Shown in pieces: positions 13,834-29,447 of a stretch of 64,000 bases of DNA. A model generated the notes under the pieces. The model was not told the DNA's origin and did no database searches. It saw only the letters and a list, made by a program, of their open reading frames with translations. This stretch comes from Chrysomallon squamiferum (Eukaryota; Animalia; Mollusca), in NCBI GenBank assembly GCA_012295275.1, contig CM022672.1:1364001-1428000 (forward strand). Reading direction: 5' to 3'. How positions within the stretch are numbered: position 1 is the stretch's first letter; each line of letters opens with the position of its first letter. A program made the translations under genes and the position numbers.

Positions 13834-16283
13834 GACATACTGAATGACACGATATGCATAGACACATACGTTTACATAAATATTTATACACATGGATCAT
13901 GTTTTGTCTGCACAAATCTTCTAACAGATAATATTATACACTTTTATCAGTCTCAGTAAATGTTCTCTTTTCTTTCAGACGTGTCTGGACTCATTTTGTT
14001 ATTAGTCGTTATTAACTATCGAAATAAGATTTTATTGTAACAAATAGATGAAAAAAAATCAACTACCAGCCGCCGGATAACCGGGTCTTAGGTGAATAAG
14101 TAACTGTGTCATGTCTGGAATGAGAATTAGCTCTGGCGAGTATCGATCGTATGTTCTGTCATACATCAAATCACTTAGCTACAAACCAGTCCCTAAGATA
14201 CACTGAAGAGTTTCGAACCTACAGTATGCGACAATTCAGATCCGTAGTGAAAACAATGAGTTACAGCCACACCTGGTAACGATGATACTCTAAAAAGTTT
14301 TGATCCTACGACGTAGTACGAACCAAGTTTTACTCTAAGTTTTACCAAGAAGTTTCGATCCTGTGACCTAGCCCACATCAAGACGACGTTCTAAGCACTG
14401 GTCCTGTCGAGTTGTCTAATTCAGAGACTGTGTGTGCCCACACTTTTGTGTCATGGCCGCACAGACGAGAAGTGACAGAGTGATTCACTTTAAATTAGAT
14501 TTTCTGCTGTCAATTACGGGTTTATTATGTGGTGGCCAGGCTAAATGGTGCTGGCTAATTGCCTTCCTGGACAACATTATCAACATAAGTGACACTTAGA
14601 ACGCAATGACCTGCGCGGAGAAGACGTCTTCCACGCCAGAATACCGCTACGTTCTCATGTTAATTGCATAACTTGCAAATGTTTGGTTGCTTAATGTACA
14701 CATGTGTGTGTATGAATATGTTTCTCTGTGTGCTAGTGGTAATAATAGCAGTAATAGCAGTATTACTATTGCCGTTGGTGTTAGTAATTGTCGTAGTGGA
14801 AGTAGCAGTATTAATATTAACAGTAGCAGAAGATTGTTGTTCAAGTAGCAGTAGCAGTACAAATAACAGTAGTGGCAACGGTTGCAGAAGTAGTAGTAAC
14901 AGCATCTGTAGTAATACAGTAGTATTAGTAGTTATAGCAACAGGAGGTGATGACGGTAATGGTAATACAAATAGAAATAATTGTAGTAGTAATAATCATA
15001 GCGGTAGTGGATGTAATACTAATAAAAGTACTGGTAATGGCGATAGTAATAGTAGTAGTAGTAGTAGCAGCAGCAGCAACTGTTGTAGCATAATTTGTAT
15101 TTTGTATATTAATTCATGAACTGTATTAGTTATTTCACTATGTGAATTCGATGAAAGCAGATCAGTTTTGTTTGTTTGTTTGGTTATTGTATATCTGGTA
15201 TGAGCGCACGAATCTTGTCCTTTTCTTTCTTTCACTTTATTCTGCAAAGACAGTTAATATTTAGCTCATCTTTTACGAGAGTGCGATAGCGTGTCTTTCC
15301 TACCTCTCTCTCTCTGTATATACATACATATATGATTCTGGCTATGAACCTCTCTTTCCGATTTTATTTATAGCTTACATGTTCTATGTACTCTGCTCCT
15401 TAAATCTCTCTCTTCACATCTCTCATTTCTGGTAACTCAAAAAAAAAAAAAAACAGAAGGAAAAAAAATAAATTAATGAATAATTTTGAAAACTCTCCAT
15501 CGAGACCAAAAACCGAAAAGCATTACTGCAAGCTAAAAAAGAGACAACTAAATACGAGAACTTAAATTAATCTTCAGAAATCGGCTTCAAATGATTACGA
15601 TTTAATGATTTTCGGAGAGTTACGCTACGCTAGCCGCGGGTTCTCCGTTTAGCTACCCGATCCCAGCGATCGCAATAACCAATCTCACCAGTGAAACTCG
15701 CTTTGGAAAATGGACGCTGGGGGCGCACTGTTTTCTACAGCCCTGATTACCACTTCATTCCGCCAATATTGCTAATGATGCCGCTCTGGCTGAAAAGGAG
15801 TAGGGGGGGTTGCTCTTCTATCTGATAAGCTTCACGGAAGATTAAGTTGGTCCTTCTTTCTTTCTTTTTTTATCGTTTTCACTTAATTTTAATACTTTAT
15901 GTGTCTTACACGTACGGGAGTTTCAGGTGACAGCAAGCTGGGTCCTTGAAGACATTTTGTTTGTGGTAACATTTCAAGTGTGACACAAAAGTAATGGTGA
16001 TGGTACATCTGTTGACAAAGACTCGTTTGTTTTAATTGTTTTCTCTTTTTTTTTTTTTTTTTGTTGTTTTTTTTTTTTTTTTTTTTCTTCAAAGAAAAAA
16101 AAAAACTTATTTAATAGTGAATATACTTTTTTAGAGATCAGTTGTAAAATAATATATTTATCTAGTTTGTTCCACTGTGAAATATATTTTTTTTTTTTTT
16201 TTTTTTGCATTAAAAAAAAAAATTAGTAATTGTTCTAGGTTTTTCTAGCATGATTTTCTTCAGGAATGGTTTAATAATTAATT

Positions 16284-16284
<1 letters not shown>

Positions 16285-16353
<69 letters not shown>
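16285..16353. repeat. (AAT)n microsatellite
   Basis: Direct reading. Confidence 0.95.
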
Positions 16354-16357
<4 letters not shown>

Positions 16358-17164
16358 AATAATAATAATATAATAACCATATTGATGATGATGATGAAAA
16401 TAATAGCAATAGTAGTGGTAGCAGTGTATAATAGTAATAGTAGTAGTAGTAGTCGTTGTAGTAGTTGTAGAAGAAGGAATCTTTGTAGTAGAAGTAGTAG
16501 TTCCAGCAACAATAATATAAACAGCGATTAAAGTAACAACAGAAAACCGCAGCAGCATTGTCAACAACAACTACAGCGACAACAACAACAGAGAAACAAA
16601 GAAGCTAACAAATAAACAAATAAATAAATATAACGTTGTTGACGATGATGCAGGGAGACAGGCGGAGATAAAGACTGACAGGCCATAATGCTTCATCAAA
16701 TTTCAGCGTATTTCTCTTAAATTGCGTGGCTCTGATAATCATGTCTGTTTCTTGATATTTCAACTAAAATCAATCCAAGTTATTTGCTTCGACTTAATTG
16801 CAGCAAAATGTCATTTACAGCAATGTCCTCCAATAAATATAATTCTTTTGAAAATCGATGCAATCTGGAATCTAAATGCAGCGGTACATGGCATTCGATT
16901 GGAATTCAGTAATGCTCTACGAATTTCGAGTCAGCTTAGCAAGTACATGATGTTTTCCTCTTACAGCAGCAGTATGTTTGTATGAAGATGTAGTCATTTT
17001 CCTTCGTATCTTGTAATCGCACAGTTTGAAATGCAAGAAGTGAAAGATATGATTAAATGGTATATTACTGAAAGTTGTAAAAGTAATGCTGTTAATTTAA
17101 ATAGTTGTTTGAAGTGACTGAATGAATTTATTTATTACGAAATAAGACCATAAGACATTAAGAA

Positions 17165-17168
<4 letters not shown>

Positions 17169-17252
<84 letters not shown>
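17169..17252. repeat. (AG)n microsatellite
   Basis: Direct reading. Confidence 0.95.
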
Positions 17253-17253
<1 letters not shown>

Positions 17254-20014
17254 AAAAGATTTGAAATAATAAATATATAAATAAATACATAAACATCATT
17301 AAAATTAAAAATTGAAAAGAGAAAAGAGAGAATGAGAGTAAAAGAACAAAGAAAGGAAGGAAGACAATAAGGAAAAACAACAGTAACATAAAATAATAGC
17401 CAATTTTTTTTTTCATTTTTTTTTTTTTTTTTTTTTTGAACATGATATATGTGTAATTAGAATTTAACACAAGTACCAGTCGTAAAACAGAAATCAAGTG
17501 TGAAAACATCGGAGCTTTTTTATCAGGACGCTTCCTGATTGGCAGTGAAGTAGAAACTTCAGGTCTAATATCGCCGAAGTCTCGTAGATCAGCAGTGAAC
17601 AAATACGCGATATAGCTGTCTCGCGTAATCAAAGTCGAAAGTAAGAAAGCTCTAAAGCATGTGTACATATTTTAAGTTTATGGACCAGAGTCGAAAAAGG
17701 TCCTGGAAAAACATTAACCTTGCCACGAGGGTGCCATGTGCCGGATCGGTTTCGTCTGGTGATAATGTTCGATTTTATACAGATCTGGTTTGTACAGAAG
17801 ATACATGGCCTGAATGTCTAATCTTGGTGGCACGATAAAATACATATTACCTAAGAGTACAGAGTCAATTATTTTCAATAATAATGATGAAGAAGCCAGG
17901 AGCATTCGTAAACGATTATCATGGTTTGATTTGCATAATCGTGAATAAATATTTATGAATAAACCTTTGATTAAGAGTATTTAGTAGCATAAAATGAAAT
18001 ATTAATGTGTACTGGAGCTACACCATTGTAATAAAACTATTTTCAGATTCTGTTAACTAAACTGCTGCTTTGGGAGAAGATATTTTTATTTCAGTAACAC
18101 AATTAGCATATCAGTCTATTATTAATATCATCATTATCATCAACATCATCAGTATAATTATTATCAACTTTATTATCATCATTAAACTATTATAAGTGAA
18201 GGTAAATAACTTATTTTCAATAACTAAATCAGTGCTTCCTTTTCTAACAAATGAAAGGCGGCAGTGAACATATTTTAAATACGTTATTTCCGCATCAACA
18301 TCTAAAATCGGAATCATTTAAAAATATTTACTAATGTACCTGTTTGATTAAATTATTTTAAAATGATTTAAAAATTAAGAAATATTAGCGCAGACTTTTA
18401 GAAAATGAATTTACTTATAATTTACGTACACCAAAATTCAAAAAACCAAAACAAAATGCGACCTTCACCATAATGATCTGAAATAACTTTTCAGTGGGCT
18501 TCTATTATTTGCATTAAGCAGATGTCAACTAACAGAAAAAAACTAGAACATATAATGCACACAATCAGATGATAAGAAAGATAGTCTAAGAATGGATTAT
18601 GCTCCATCACAGAATTGCCCAGAATGTTTTGATACACACACAAGCGATTTGGAAAGACCAGAATGCGTTCGATATAAAGATGTAAATGACCGATCATGTC
18701 CATACAGGATCCAGATCCTCATAGGTTGCGCCTCACATCATTCGAATCAGGGCCAGCGTAATTTAAACCACGAACAAGATCTATTATAATCTCTTAGAGC
18801 CCTTTATAATTGGAACCTGGCTGAAATAATGCTGCCTGAGATTAGTTTGTAGTTGCAGATCGAAAGCAAACGCTTCGGCCCACAATCGCAAGGCAAGGTC
18901 AAAACGCGTCATCGCGGAGGAAATTGGTTTGATCGCGTTGGAAGCTGTATTGATGAAGTTGTTTCTCTTGGCTGGCGCAGGACGCCTTCAGTCTGGGGGA
19001 TAACAGAAACATGATTGCATTATTCAATTCGTCTTGACCCAGATCTACAAGGTTTTCTCAGCCCCTTTTTAATCAAGCGCGGGCTGCTCTCGCAAGCAAA
19101 ATCATTATGCGGAAAATGGAAGCAAAGCATTTCGAGTGTGTTTACTGACCGTTGGGACAGACAGTTGTCTCTGACATAAGGACGGATGATTTGCCGTATG
19201 TTATCAGATAAATTGTATTCGATTTGACAAACATATGCTGTCGTACACAAGTGATGGATCAAAGCTCGATGCTCACAATATTTGTGTTGCTTTTATCCGT
19301 AAGACGTCTTCCGAACGTGAGAAGCATTTTGCTAAATCGACACAAACATTGCAAAAAGAAAATAAAGTTGGTTCGACTGAAAGACTGACGTGATGATATT
19401 GATCTTTAAGTTATTTTCGGGTTTATTGTATTTATAGCTAACTCTTTACAGAGGTAGAGATAGTGGAACCTGTAGAACATTATAAAATAAATAAATAAAT
19501 AATTTTGAAATGCACGGTGTGGAAGCTTCGAGTGATTTTTCGTTCCGTCTCTGTTTATATTATGTGATTTATGTGTTGTAGTAGTTGTTGTTGGTTTCCT
19601 TGTGATGACAGGAATTTTAATAAGTTGAATCTGAAAAACATTACTAGTATTACCATCTGTGTTCTGATTGTTCGCTTTGTTTTCATCTAACTGTAAATTT
19701 TGTAAACTGAGTCAGTTTTTAATAGATTTCGTTTCAGATTTTGGAAACATTATAGTTTAGACGGTTCAGAATTTTTGGTCCATTAGTTAACTTATTTCTT
19801 GTAAGAATATACAGAGACTCTAGTTGCATTTATAATATAATTTTTGTAATAATTAATATCAGAAATGTTGTTGTGCTCTATATTTTGTTACAATGTCGCT
19901 GTTATGTGGATGAAATGTGATTCTAATGTTTCCTTCTCCAGAATACGTAAATATCGTAGTTTGTTTTAACTGTTTTTCTTTTGCTCTATTTTCATTCGCT
20001 TTTAATTTTAATTT

Positions 20015-20045
<31 letters not shown>

Positions 20046-20290
20046 GTTAGTTAGTAAGTTTTTTTTTCGAGTTTTGTCTTTTCTTCTTTTTTATTTTCAT
20101 TGTATCTTGTTTTTTTTTTCTTTCATATATTACTTCTTTTTTATATATTGTTTTTACACTCATATATTTATTTTTTGTTGAACAATTACAGAATGCTATA
20201 TAGGGAAATTATACGAGTCTAATGAAGTGTACAAATGTCATTTTAGGAGCTGGCTGGACTGTGTTCAGTTTAGAAGTTGATTTAACTATG

Positions 20291-22345
20291 TACGTGGAGA
20301 TGCTGGGAGATGACTAACACATAGGTTACACGATGTCACTATGCGAGCTGACTAACACATAGGTTACACGATGTCACTATGCGAGCTGACTGAACTACGT
20401 GGAGATGCTGGGAGATGACTAACACATAGGTTACACGATGTCACTATGCGAGATGACTAACACATAGGTTACACGATGTCACTATGCGAGCTGACTGACA
20501 CATAGGTTACACGATGTCACTATGCGAGCTGACTGAACTACGTGGAGATGCTGGGAGATGACTAACACACAGGTTACACGATGTCACTATGCGAGCTGAC
20601 TAACACATAGGTTACACGATGTCACTATGCGAGCTGACTAACACATAGGTTACACGATGTCACTATGCGAGCTGACTGAACTACGTGGAGATGCTGGGAG
20701 ATGACTAACACACAGGTTACACGATGTCACTGCGAGCTGACTAACACATAGGTTACACGATGTCACTATGCGAGCTGACTGACACATAGGTTACACGATG
20801 TCACTATGCGAGCTGACTGAACTACGTGGAGATGCTGGGAGATGACTAACACACAGGTTACACGATGTCACTATGCGAGCTGACTAACATATAGGTTCGA
20901 TGTCACTATGCGAGATGACTAACACATAGGTTACACGATGTCACTATGCGAGCTGACTGAACTACGTGGAGATGCTGGGAGATGACTAACACACAGGTTA
21001 CACGATGTCACTATGCGAGCTGACTAACACATAGGTTACACGATGTTATGCGAGCTGACTGACACATAGGTTACACGATGTCACTATGCGAGCTGACTGA
21101 ACTACGTGGAGATGCTGGGAGATGACTAACACACAGGTTACACGATGTCACTATGCGAGCTGACTAACACATAGGTTACACGATGTCACTATGCGAGATG
21201 ACTAACACATAGGTTACACGATGTCACTATGCGAGCTGACTGAACTACGTGGAGATGCTGGGAGATGACTTTACACGATGTCACTGCGAGCTGACTAACA
21301 CATAGGTTACACGATGTCACTATGCGAGCTGACTGAACTACGTGGAGATGCTGGGAGATGACTAACACATAGGTTACACGATGTCACTATGCGAGCTGAC
21401 TGAACTACGTGGAGATGCTGGGAGATGACTAACACACAGGTTACACGATGTCACTGCGAGCTGACTAACACATAGGTTACACGATGTCACTATGCGAGCT
21501 GACTGTACACATAGGTTACACGATGTCACTATGCGAGCTGACTGAACTACGTGGAGATGCTGGGAGATGACTAACACACAGGTTACACGATGTCACTATG
21601 CGAGATGACTAACACATAGGTTACACGATGTCACTATGCGAGATGACTAACACATAGGTTACACGATGTCACTATGCGAGCTGACTGAAACATAGGTTAC
21701 ACGATGTCACTATGCGAGCTGACTGAACTACGTGGAGATGCTGGGAGATGACTAACACACAGGTTACACGATGTCACTATGCGAGATGACTAACACATAG
21801 GTTACACGATGTCACTATGCGAGATGACTAACACATAGGTTACACGATGTCACTATGCGAGCTGACTGAAACATAGGTTACACGATGTCACTATGCGAGC
21901 TGACTAACACAGGTTACACGATGTCACTATGCGAGCTGACTGACACATAGGTTACACGATGTCACTATGCGAGCTGACTAACACAGGTTACACGATGTCA
22001 CTATGCGAGATGACTAACACACAGGTTACACGATGTCACTATGCGAACTGACTAACACATAGGTTACACGATGTCACTATGCGAGCTGACTGACACATAG
22101 GTTACACGATGTCACTATGCGAGCTGACTAACACAGGTTACACGATGTCACTATGCGAGATGACTAACACACAGGTTACACGATGTCACTATGCGAGCTG
22201 ACTAACACAGGTTACACGATGTCACTATGCGAGCTGACTAACACAGGTTACACGATGTCACTATGCGAGCTGACTAACACAGGTTACACGATGTCACTAT
22301 GCGAGCTGACTAACACAGGTTACACGATGTCACTATGCGAGCTGA
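20291..22345. repeat. Composite minisatellite: 38-bp unit A interspersed with 29-bp unit B; 36-bp A variant at the 3' end
   Basis: A=GACTAACACATAGGTTACACGATGTCACTATGCGAGCT and B=GACTGAACTACGTGGAGATGCTGGGAGAT, read directly; near-identical copies. Confidence 0.97.
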
Positions 22346-23361
22346 ATGAACGCGAGGTGAAACGTCTAGCCAACCGCTTCCTCCAGTCAAGGATTTAAAA
22401 TCTAAAATCGCAATTGTGATTTGTAGATTTGTACGTCGTATAAAGTCTGGACAGTTTCCTCCTGCAAAAGATTTAGCTATAGAATCCGACTTAAATTCCA
22501 GACTTTTATAAATCCATGCTTTAAGAGACTAAAGTGAGAGATTTTCTAATCATTGCCCAGACGTATGGATATTTGTTACGGAATGAGCTATTGAATGTTG
22601 GCAGGCTATTACAGACAGTTTTGTGCAACGTCGCTCTTTTTAATTCTTTCCTAGTGGGTCCGTATTCAGACTAAAATTATTGAGTAATATTCTCGTGAAG
22701 AATGTTTTTTTTTCTTATTTTTTTTTTCTTCATCCTAGTATTAAAAACGTAATGAATAATCGCGGAAAGTGATATCATTTGATATAAATGGCAATGAATC
22801 TTGCATATACAATGAAACTTCTTTGTGAACGAATTCAGTTTAATGGAAATTAATGGGACGTTTTGCCGAAAACAATTATTGATTTTCTATTTTCAATTTC
22901 ATAGGCGGGTGATTTACTTCTGTATTTATATTCAGAAGCCCAGCATGTGAAATAACGGTTTGTTTGTCCCATCAACTTTATTTTAGATTTATTGGTGAAA
23001 GTAGAATGATTTCTGTAATGCCGGCGCCGGAAATTTAGACCAAAACAGTAAAGATAATTATAAAGCGAACTGTTAAATCTTGAAGTCAGTAGTTCAAACA
23101 ATTTCCTACTTACTGGTTTTTTTTTTACAACTATTTACTCGTTGTTATTTGCCTGTCTGTATATCTGGGTGAATTTATGTATGTGTGTGCGAATGCGTAT
23201 GTATGTATTTATGTATGTATATATGTATGTATGTATGTATGTATGTAAGTATATATATAAATAAACACACACACAAATAAAATATATATGACAGAAACAC
23301 AAATTATAAATACATATACACATACATACATAAATACATATATACTTACAAACACACACAG

Positions 23362-23400
<39 letters not shown>

Positions 23401-24855
23401 TATATATATGTTAGGTAGAAACCTCGTACAGAACATCATCAGCAACTACAACACAGTTTGTTTCTCCTCCTACTCAGTTGTTGGTGGTTGATGACATTTT
23501 ACTAAATTAAAAAAAAAAAAAAAACAAGGAAGGAACACTGGCCTCTGGGCTAATATTGGATTACTTTTAGAGAAAGAGATGTGTAAATAAGAAACGACGA
23601 AGACAACTTACGACAGGTAGACGAATGAATGGAGATGTCCACCAACTGTGAACTGTTAGCTAATAGTAATAATTAAAACATTTAGAAGCAATCCATTTCT
23701 GCCATTGAAGAAACAAAACACTGCATTATTACAAAATGATTAAAACGTCACAGCACCATGACGTTATGAAGATTACGTCATTCATAAACATGGCTGGGAT
23801 TGTTGAGGAAAACGTATTTGCAAATATATTCTATTTTCAGTCGTAAATAAGACAATGTTTTAAAGATTTATCATCATCGTCATTATTCTTAATGTCAACA
23901 TCACAATGATCGTCACCATCCTGATCAACGTCATCACCATTATCAACATTCGTTATCATTAGTGTTATTGCGTTTTATAATTGTTAATGAGAGAAAGAGA
24001 GTGGCGGACAAGATTTCTAACAATTATTGTTATTATTATTATTATGAGTGTTATTATTATTATTATTTGAACTGTTTAAAGCTTTCGGCAAATTAATGAA
24101 GATTTAATTTCTGAGTGGGGATCTATGGTTCCATTCTCGTACTGAACGATCCTATTTTATAACTAACTAACTAAATAAATAAGTAAATAATTAAATAAAT
24201 AAATAAATAAATAAAATCAGTATTTTGCATCAGATCTGTAATCAGTGATTAACATCTGTATTATGATTTTCGACTTGGTCAATCAATTAATCAAATCAAT
24301 CAAACGAATGAACGAATGAGCGAATTAATGAAAGAATGAATGAATGAATGAATAATGCACAAAACGTCAAATAAATATATCTGTATATAAAATAAAAGAA
24401 TTGGTCCCACCAGCTTGGAATATTTTCAGACAAAAAAAAAAAAAAAACATCCACTTCTGGGATAAAATGATTAAGTAATGGTAATTCCATATTTACAGGA
24501 AACCATTATTTGCAACACGCTATTATAAGGAAAGCACTTAAAGGTCACGAACCATAAGAAAAAACAACTAATTAATATGGATTAGCCTATCCCAGTACAT
24601 TTAATTAATGTAATTAGCAGATAACACAAAACAAAATGTTTTTAATTTGCCACTCAACCAACTGCACTCAGATGTGAAATGCTCGCCTACGAGTAAAACG
24701 GTGTACGTACATTAATTATTAACACTTCTTAGTCCTCTGAAAATGAATATATAAAAATCATATTGTACTGTGGTAATAAACATGGTGATATGGTGTGGGA
24801 ATGGCTAATAATAATAATAATTAGAAGAAGAAGAAGAAGAAATATATAGATATAG

Positions 24856-24973
<118 letters not shown>

Positions 24974-25967
24974 CCAGTTTTCAGAAATACTGTTGTCTTT
25001 ATTCAGTTGTTCTTCAACTGGTTTTTTAGACGGAGAATGTCTTTTTAATTTTATTTTTTTATGAGGCCATTTTCAACGCTGAATAATCAATATTATTACC
25101 ATTATATAATTATGTAAATTATGTCTCCTAGCTAATGCTGTATAAAATAAATAAAACTTATTTAGATATGCATGTGTATAAGTTTTATAAGAAACCCAAA
25201 TGAAAACAGTAAAAACTTAAAATTATACTTCCTTTCGTCAAGATAATTATTTACATTTCATGAATTTGAAATATATTTGAAAACATAATGAAATGATTCG
25301 TTTATCTTAAATTGTTATAATAACTATGTATGTTTTTATTATTATTATTATTATGTTAGTTGTTGTTATTTTAATTATTTTTACTTGTATTGTTATTTTT
25401 GTTTTGTAACTTTGATTAACACTAATACATATGCCACTTAGGGTTTAAAGCTGATAAACTATAAAGTGAACTATCTGAACGATCTACCTGTTTTACAGAA
25501 CAGAATTCACTTTAACAGTTTTATCTTCCTTGTGTGCCGTAACCATTGTCCTATTAAAACACTATGACGTCATTCACAGTGACGTCATTCACAGTGTCGT
25601 TTGCACGCATCCGGTCAGCTGTGTCTAGGAGCAAGACTGGAGATACGATCCTCAAACCTAGTACTGCAAAACAAACAGCTTAACCATTCTGTTATCTAGT
25701 TAGGTGATTATGTTATTTTGTGACATAAATTATTTGCTATTCAGTGTACGTTGTTAATTGCCGGCGAAACTGACACACGAGTGAGTGTAACATGAGACGA
25801 AACACGACCATGCTGCTGTATCAAGTGTAGTCGTGTTTTTGTCATTTAATACAGTAACAAGTGAACACGACAACACACATTTGATTTATCTGGTTGTCAC
25901 GTAAATTAATGATTTGTCGTTTTCTGATAAAACCACAATTTTGTTTTTTAATTTTGTATGTGTGTAT

Positions 25968-26001
<34 letters not shown>

Positions 26002-26936
26002 TTGATGTATGTATGTTTGTAAGTAGATTTGTTTGTGTGTATGTGCGCATGCATGTATATCTAAATATATGCATATATTATTACTGCTATTGTATTTGAT
26101 ATTTTTATTATTAGCCATCACCATTCGAAATTACCAATATTATCACTGTAAGATATAATTACCTACATGTCTAACAATTTTTATTATTATTTTTTTTTTA
26201 TATTTTATGATTGTTGATTATTTTCCTTATAACGACTAAATCAGGTAAATTATCGAAAGTGGAAAAGAAATCTATATATTTATATATATGTTTTATTTTG
26301 TTTTTCGTTTGTTTTTGACTTTTTAATTTGTTTTTTTATTTGTTTGTTTTTGTTTTTTTTTTTTATTGTTTGTTTTTTTTTTTTTGTTTTTTTTTTGTTT
26401 TCCGTTGTCAGAACTTTTGTTTTTTCGTTTTGTCAGAACTTTTATTTTTATTGCTTTTTTTCCGTTTAACGTTACTTTATTTTCGTTGTTTTATTTGGTT
26501 TTTTTTTGCGTTCTTAATTTCTATTGCTTGGCTTTGTTTTGCGTCGCGTAGCCTTACTTAGGTTTTCTTTGCGTTGTTTTATTTTGGTTTTTGCTGCTTT
26601 GCGTTGTATTGGTTTTCTACGCTTTTATTTTGCTTAGATTTACGTTGTTTTACTTAGTTGCCTATGTTATCTTCCATTTTGCTTTGAGTTGCTATCAGTA
26701 ATACTGCTTTTTTTTTTCACATAATTTAAAAAACATTTTCATTTATTTATATATATATATATATATATTTTTACACACACACACACACATTTTTTTTCAC
26801 TTAATTACTTTTTTGTAATATTATATAATATTTCACCTTCTTTGACTTATTCGCATTTTAAAATAAAGCTTTAGACACTGTCTGTATATGTATGCCTGTG
26901 TCTGTCTGTGAAAGAGATAATTTTTGTATGGGTGGG

Positions 26937-27024
26937 TGAGAGAGAGAGACAGAGAGACAGAGAGAGGGAGAGAGTGAGAGACAGAGAGAGACAGAGAGAG
27001 ACAGAGAGACAGTGAGAGAGAGAC

Positions 27025-27123
<99 letters not shown>

Positions 27124-27142
27124 GAGAGAGAGAGAGAGAGAG
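26937..27142. repeat. Compound (AG)n/(AGAC)n microsatellite
   Basis: Direct reading. Confidence 0.95.
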
Positions 27143-29306
27143 TGTCTACGTGTGTTCGTTTACCATGTAAATATAATAATATTTAAAAAAGCATTTAATT
27201 TTTGTAAAACTTCTTTCTTTTCTTTTCAGTCTGTCTTATAACCTTTTTTTTTTATTCTTTAATTTTACTTCCTGGTTGGCTGATGGAGGGTTGCAATTTT
27301 TTCCTTTTCTTATCTGCTTTTCTTTTTCAATTCTATATTTTTTTTATTTTTTTTTCAGAATTAATTTGGTTTTTATTTTTTACATTTAAAAAAAATAAAA
27401 AAAAAAAAAAAAAGTTTATTGAATTATTTTATTTCTTATACCTGTTTTCATTTTAATTTTTATTTTTCCTTTCATTTTAACTTTTCCTTGTCAGTTTCCT
27501 TTTTTTATTTGATTTTTTTTCCCTGGATTTCAAAACGAATTATCAGTGAAAAATGACAGACAGTGAAACAGAACTTTCTGACTTATGTCTAGTGGTTAGT
27601 CCTGGAACGTGTCTGGCATCTGTTGTGTGTTTTTATATTTAATTAGTAACAAACCAAACACACTTGCACCCACGCAAGAACACCCATGTACGCACAAAAC
27701 AGACCATCCTGTTTTGGCTGTTATTATTTCCAGTTGTATAGAGTAAAAATAAAATATTTATTATGTAAAAAAAAAAAAAATAATAATAATAAACAAATAT
27801 ATAAAAAATAAAAATACGTTAACTTCAGTTGACTGTTAGATATTTTGTATTTAAATATTATCATATATACACAGCAATAACTCACTTTCACTTTAATTAA
27901 TATTAATGAATATACATACGTGTCAGAAAACACAAATATACAAACCTGATGTATGCAGATATTTAATTTAAATGTATTCAATATAAATAAAAATAAAAAT
28001 CACTATAGAAATATACGACTGATACGTTGCAGGAATTATGTGTTTTTAAGTTTCAGATTTTTAATGATTTATTTATGACATAAATTCTTTGTTATTTTTA
28101 TTTTGTTCATTATATCGTTAATTCTTTCATATTTTCATATCTTTTTTATTCATTATTTCGTTATTATAGATATATATATATATTTCGTTACTACACACAC
28201 ACACACACACACACGTCCAAATTTCTTTCCTAAAACGTTTTCATCTTTTCTTCTTTTTTTTTCAATTCTCTTGTCGATATTACCTAACTGCTCTCGAGTA
28301 ACCAAGAATCAGACACATCATTTATCCGAGCTTTAATCTGTGTCACAGCCTTCAACAACGCGATTATTTAAAATAAAAGATAAAAATAAATAAAACAATT
28401 CCAAAAGAAGAAGACAAATTTAATCTGTGCCATAAGAGACTGGAATGAAACAGATGTCTGAGAAACGTCTAGCTGATGTGTGTTTGCCAAAGAACTGCAA
28501 CCTCTCTCAATATAAAACATTCAAGTCGTTTATTTCAACAACCAAAACAACAAAAATAAACAAATAAAAAATAAAATAGAATAGAATAAAATATAAATTC
28601 CTCATTACGTAGAGGAAGTGTTGACTTTTTCTTCTATACTTTTTTTTTTTTTTTTGGCTTTAAAAACAAAAAAATGTTTTTTGTTTTTTTTGATGAAAGC
28701 TTAATACTGACAAATGGTTTTTCTAACATCAATACGTTTTAAAAGGTTACTAAAAGAACAGGATGGAGAATAAATAGTTCTTTTTGAAATATTTTAAATT
28801 GGAAATCCTATGTTTAAGTATCGTCAAGGGGCTTGCTAGAGACCAAACAGAAGAAAAAAGTGTATCAAGCAGAACAAATTACTCACTTTAACTCTTTCCT
28901 ATTTTCAATGAAAGGTTCTTTTTCTTTTGTTTTTTTTACATTTTTCAAATTAAATTTTGTTACTGCAATTGCTTGGGCATCCATTGATTTGAAAAGTTTG
29001 TATAATTTATTGAATTATTTTTAGCAGATGTTGAAAAACGATAAAATTATTACCGTTCAGTAAGTTTTTCTTTTTTATTAGTACATTTATTACTGTGTTT
29101 AAAAAGACTAAACAGATTTATGTGATTAGTTAATATTTTATTATTCTAAATGATGGCTATTTTTAAATTACTTTTATAAATTCACGTTTTATCTTTAAAA
29201 CCAACTTAGTAGGCTTTTGTTTCTTGATACATGTTTTTTTTTATTAATTCACATGAATTCACGTCCACCAATCCGACATCACACCATACATCCACAAGCA
29301 CACCCA

Positions 29307-29409
29307 GACACATACATACACACATACATACATACATACATACACACATACACACACATACATACATACATACATACATACACACACACACATACATATA
29401 CATATGTAG

Positions 29410-29447
<38 letters not shown>

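Noticed and set aside
17522-17539. Hairpin ATCAGGA-cgct-TCCTGAT
   Set aside because: A single 7-bp stem is expected by chance in 64 kb and has no supporting context.
18592-18789. Cys-containing 65-aa ORF
   Set aside because: No recognisable domain, signal peptide or convincing splice context.
20291-22345. CRISPR-like repeat/spacer alternation
   Set aside because: The interspersed unit is the same sequence each time (no unique spacers), there are no cas genes, and the context is eukaryotic.
22183-22398. ORF with MSLCELTNTGYT repeats
   Set aside because: Arises only because the terminal units are 36 bp (a multiple of 3); the rest of the array breaks frame.
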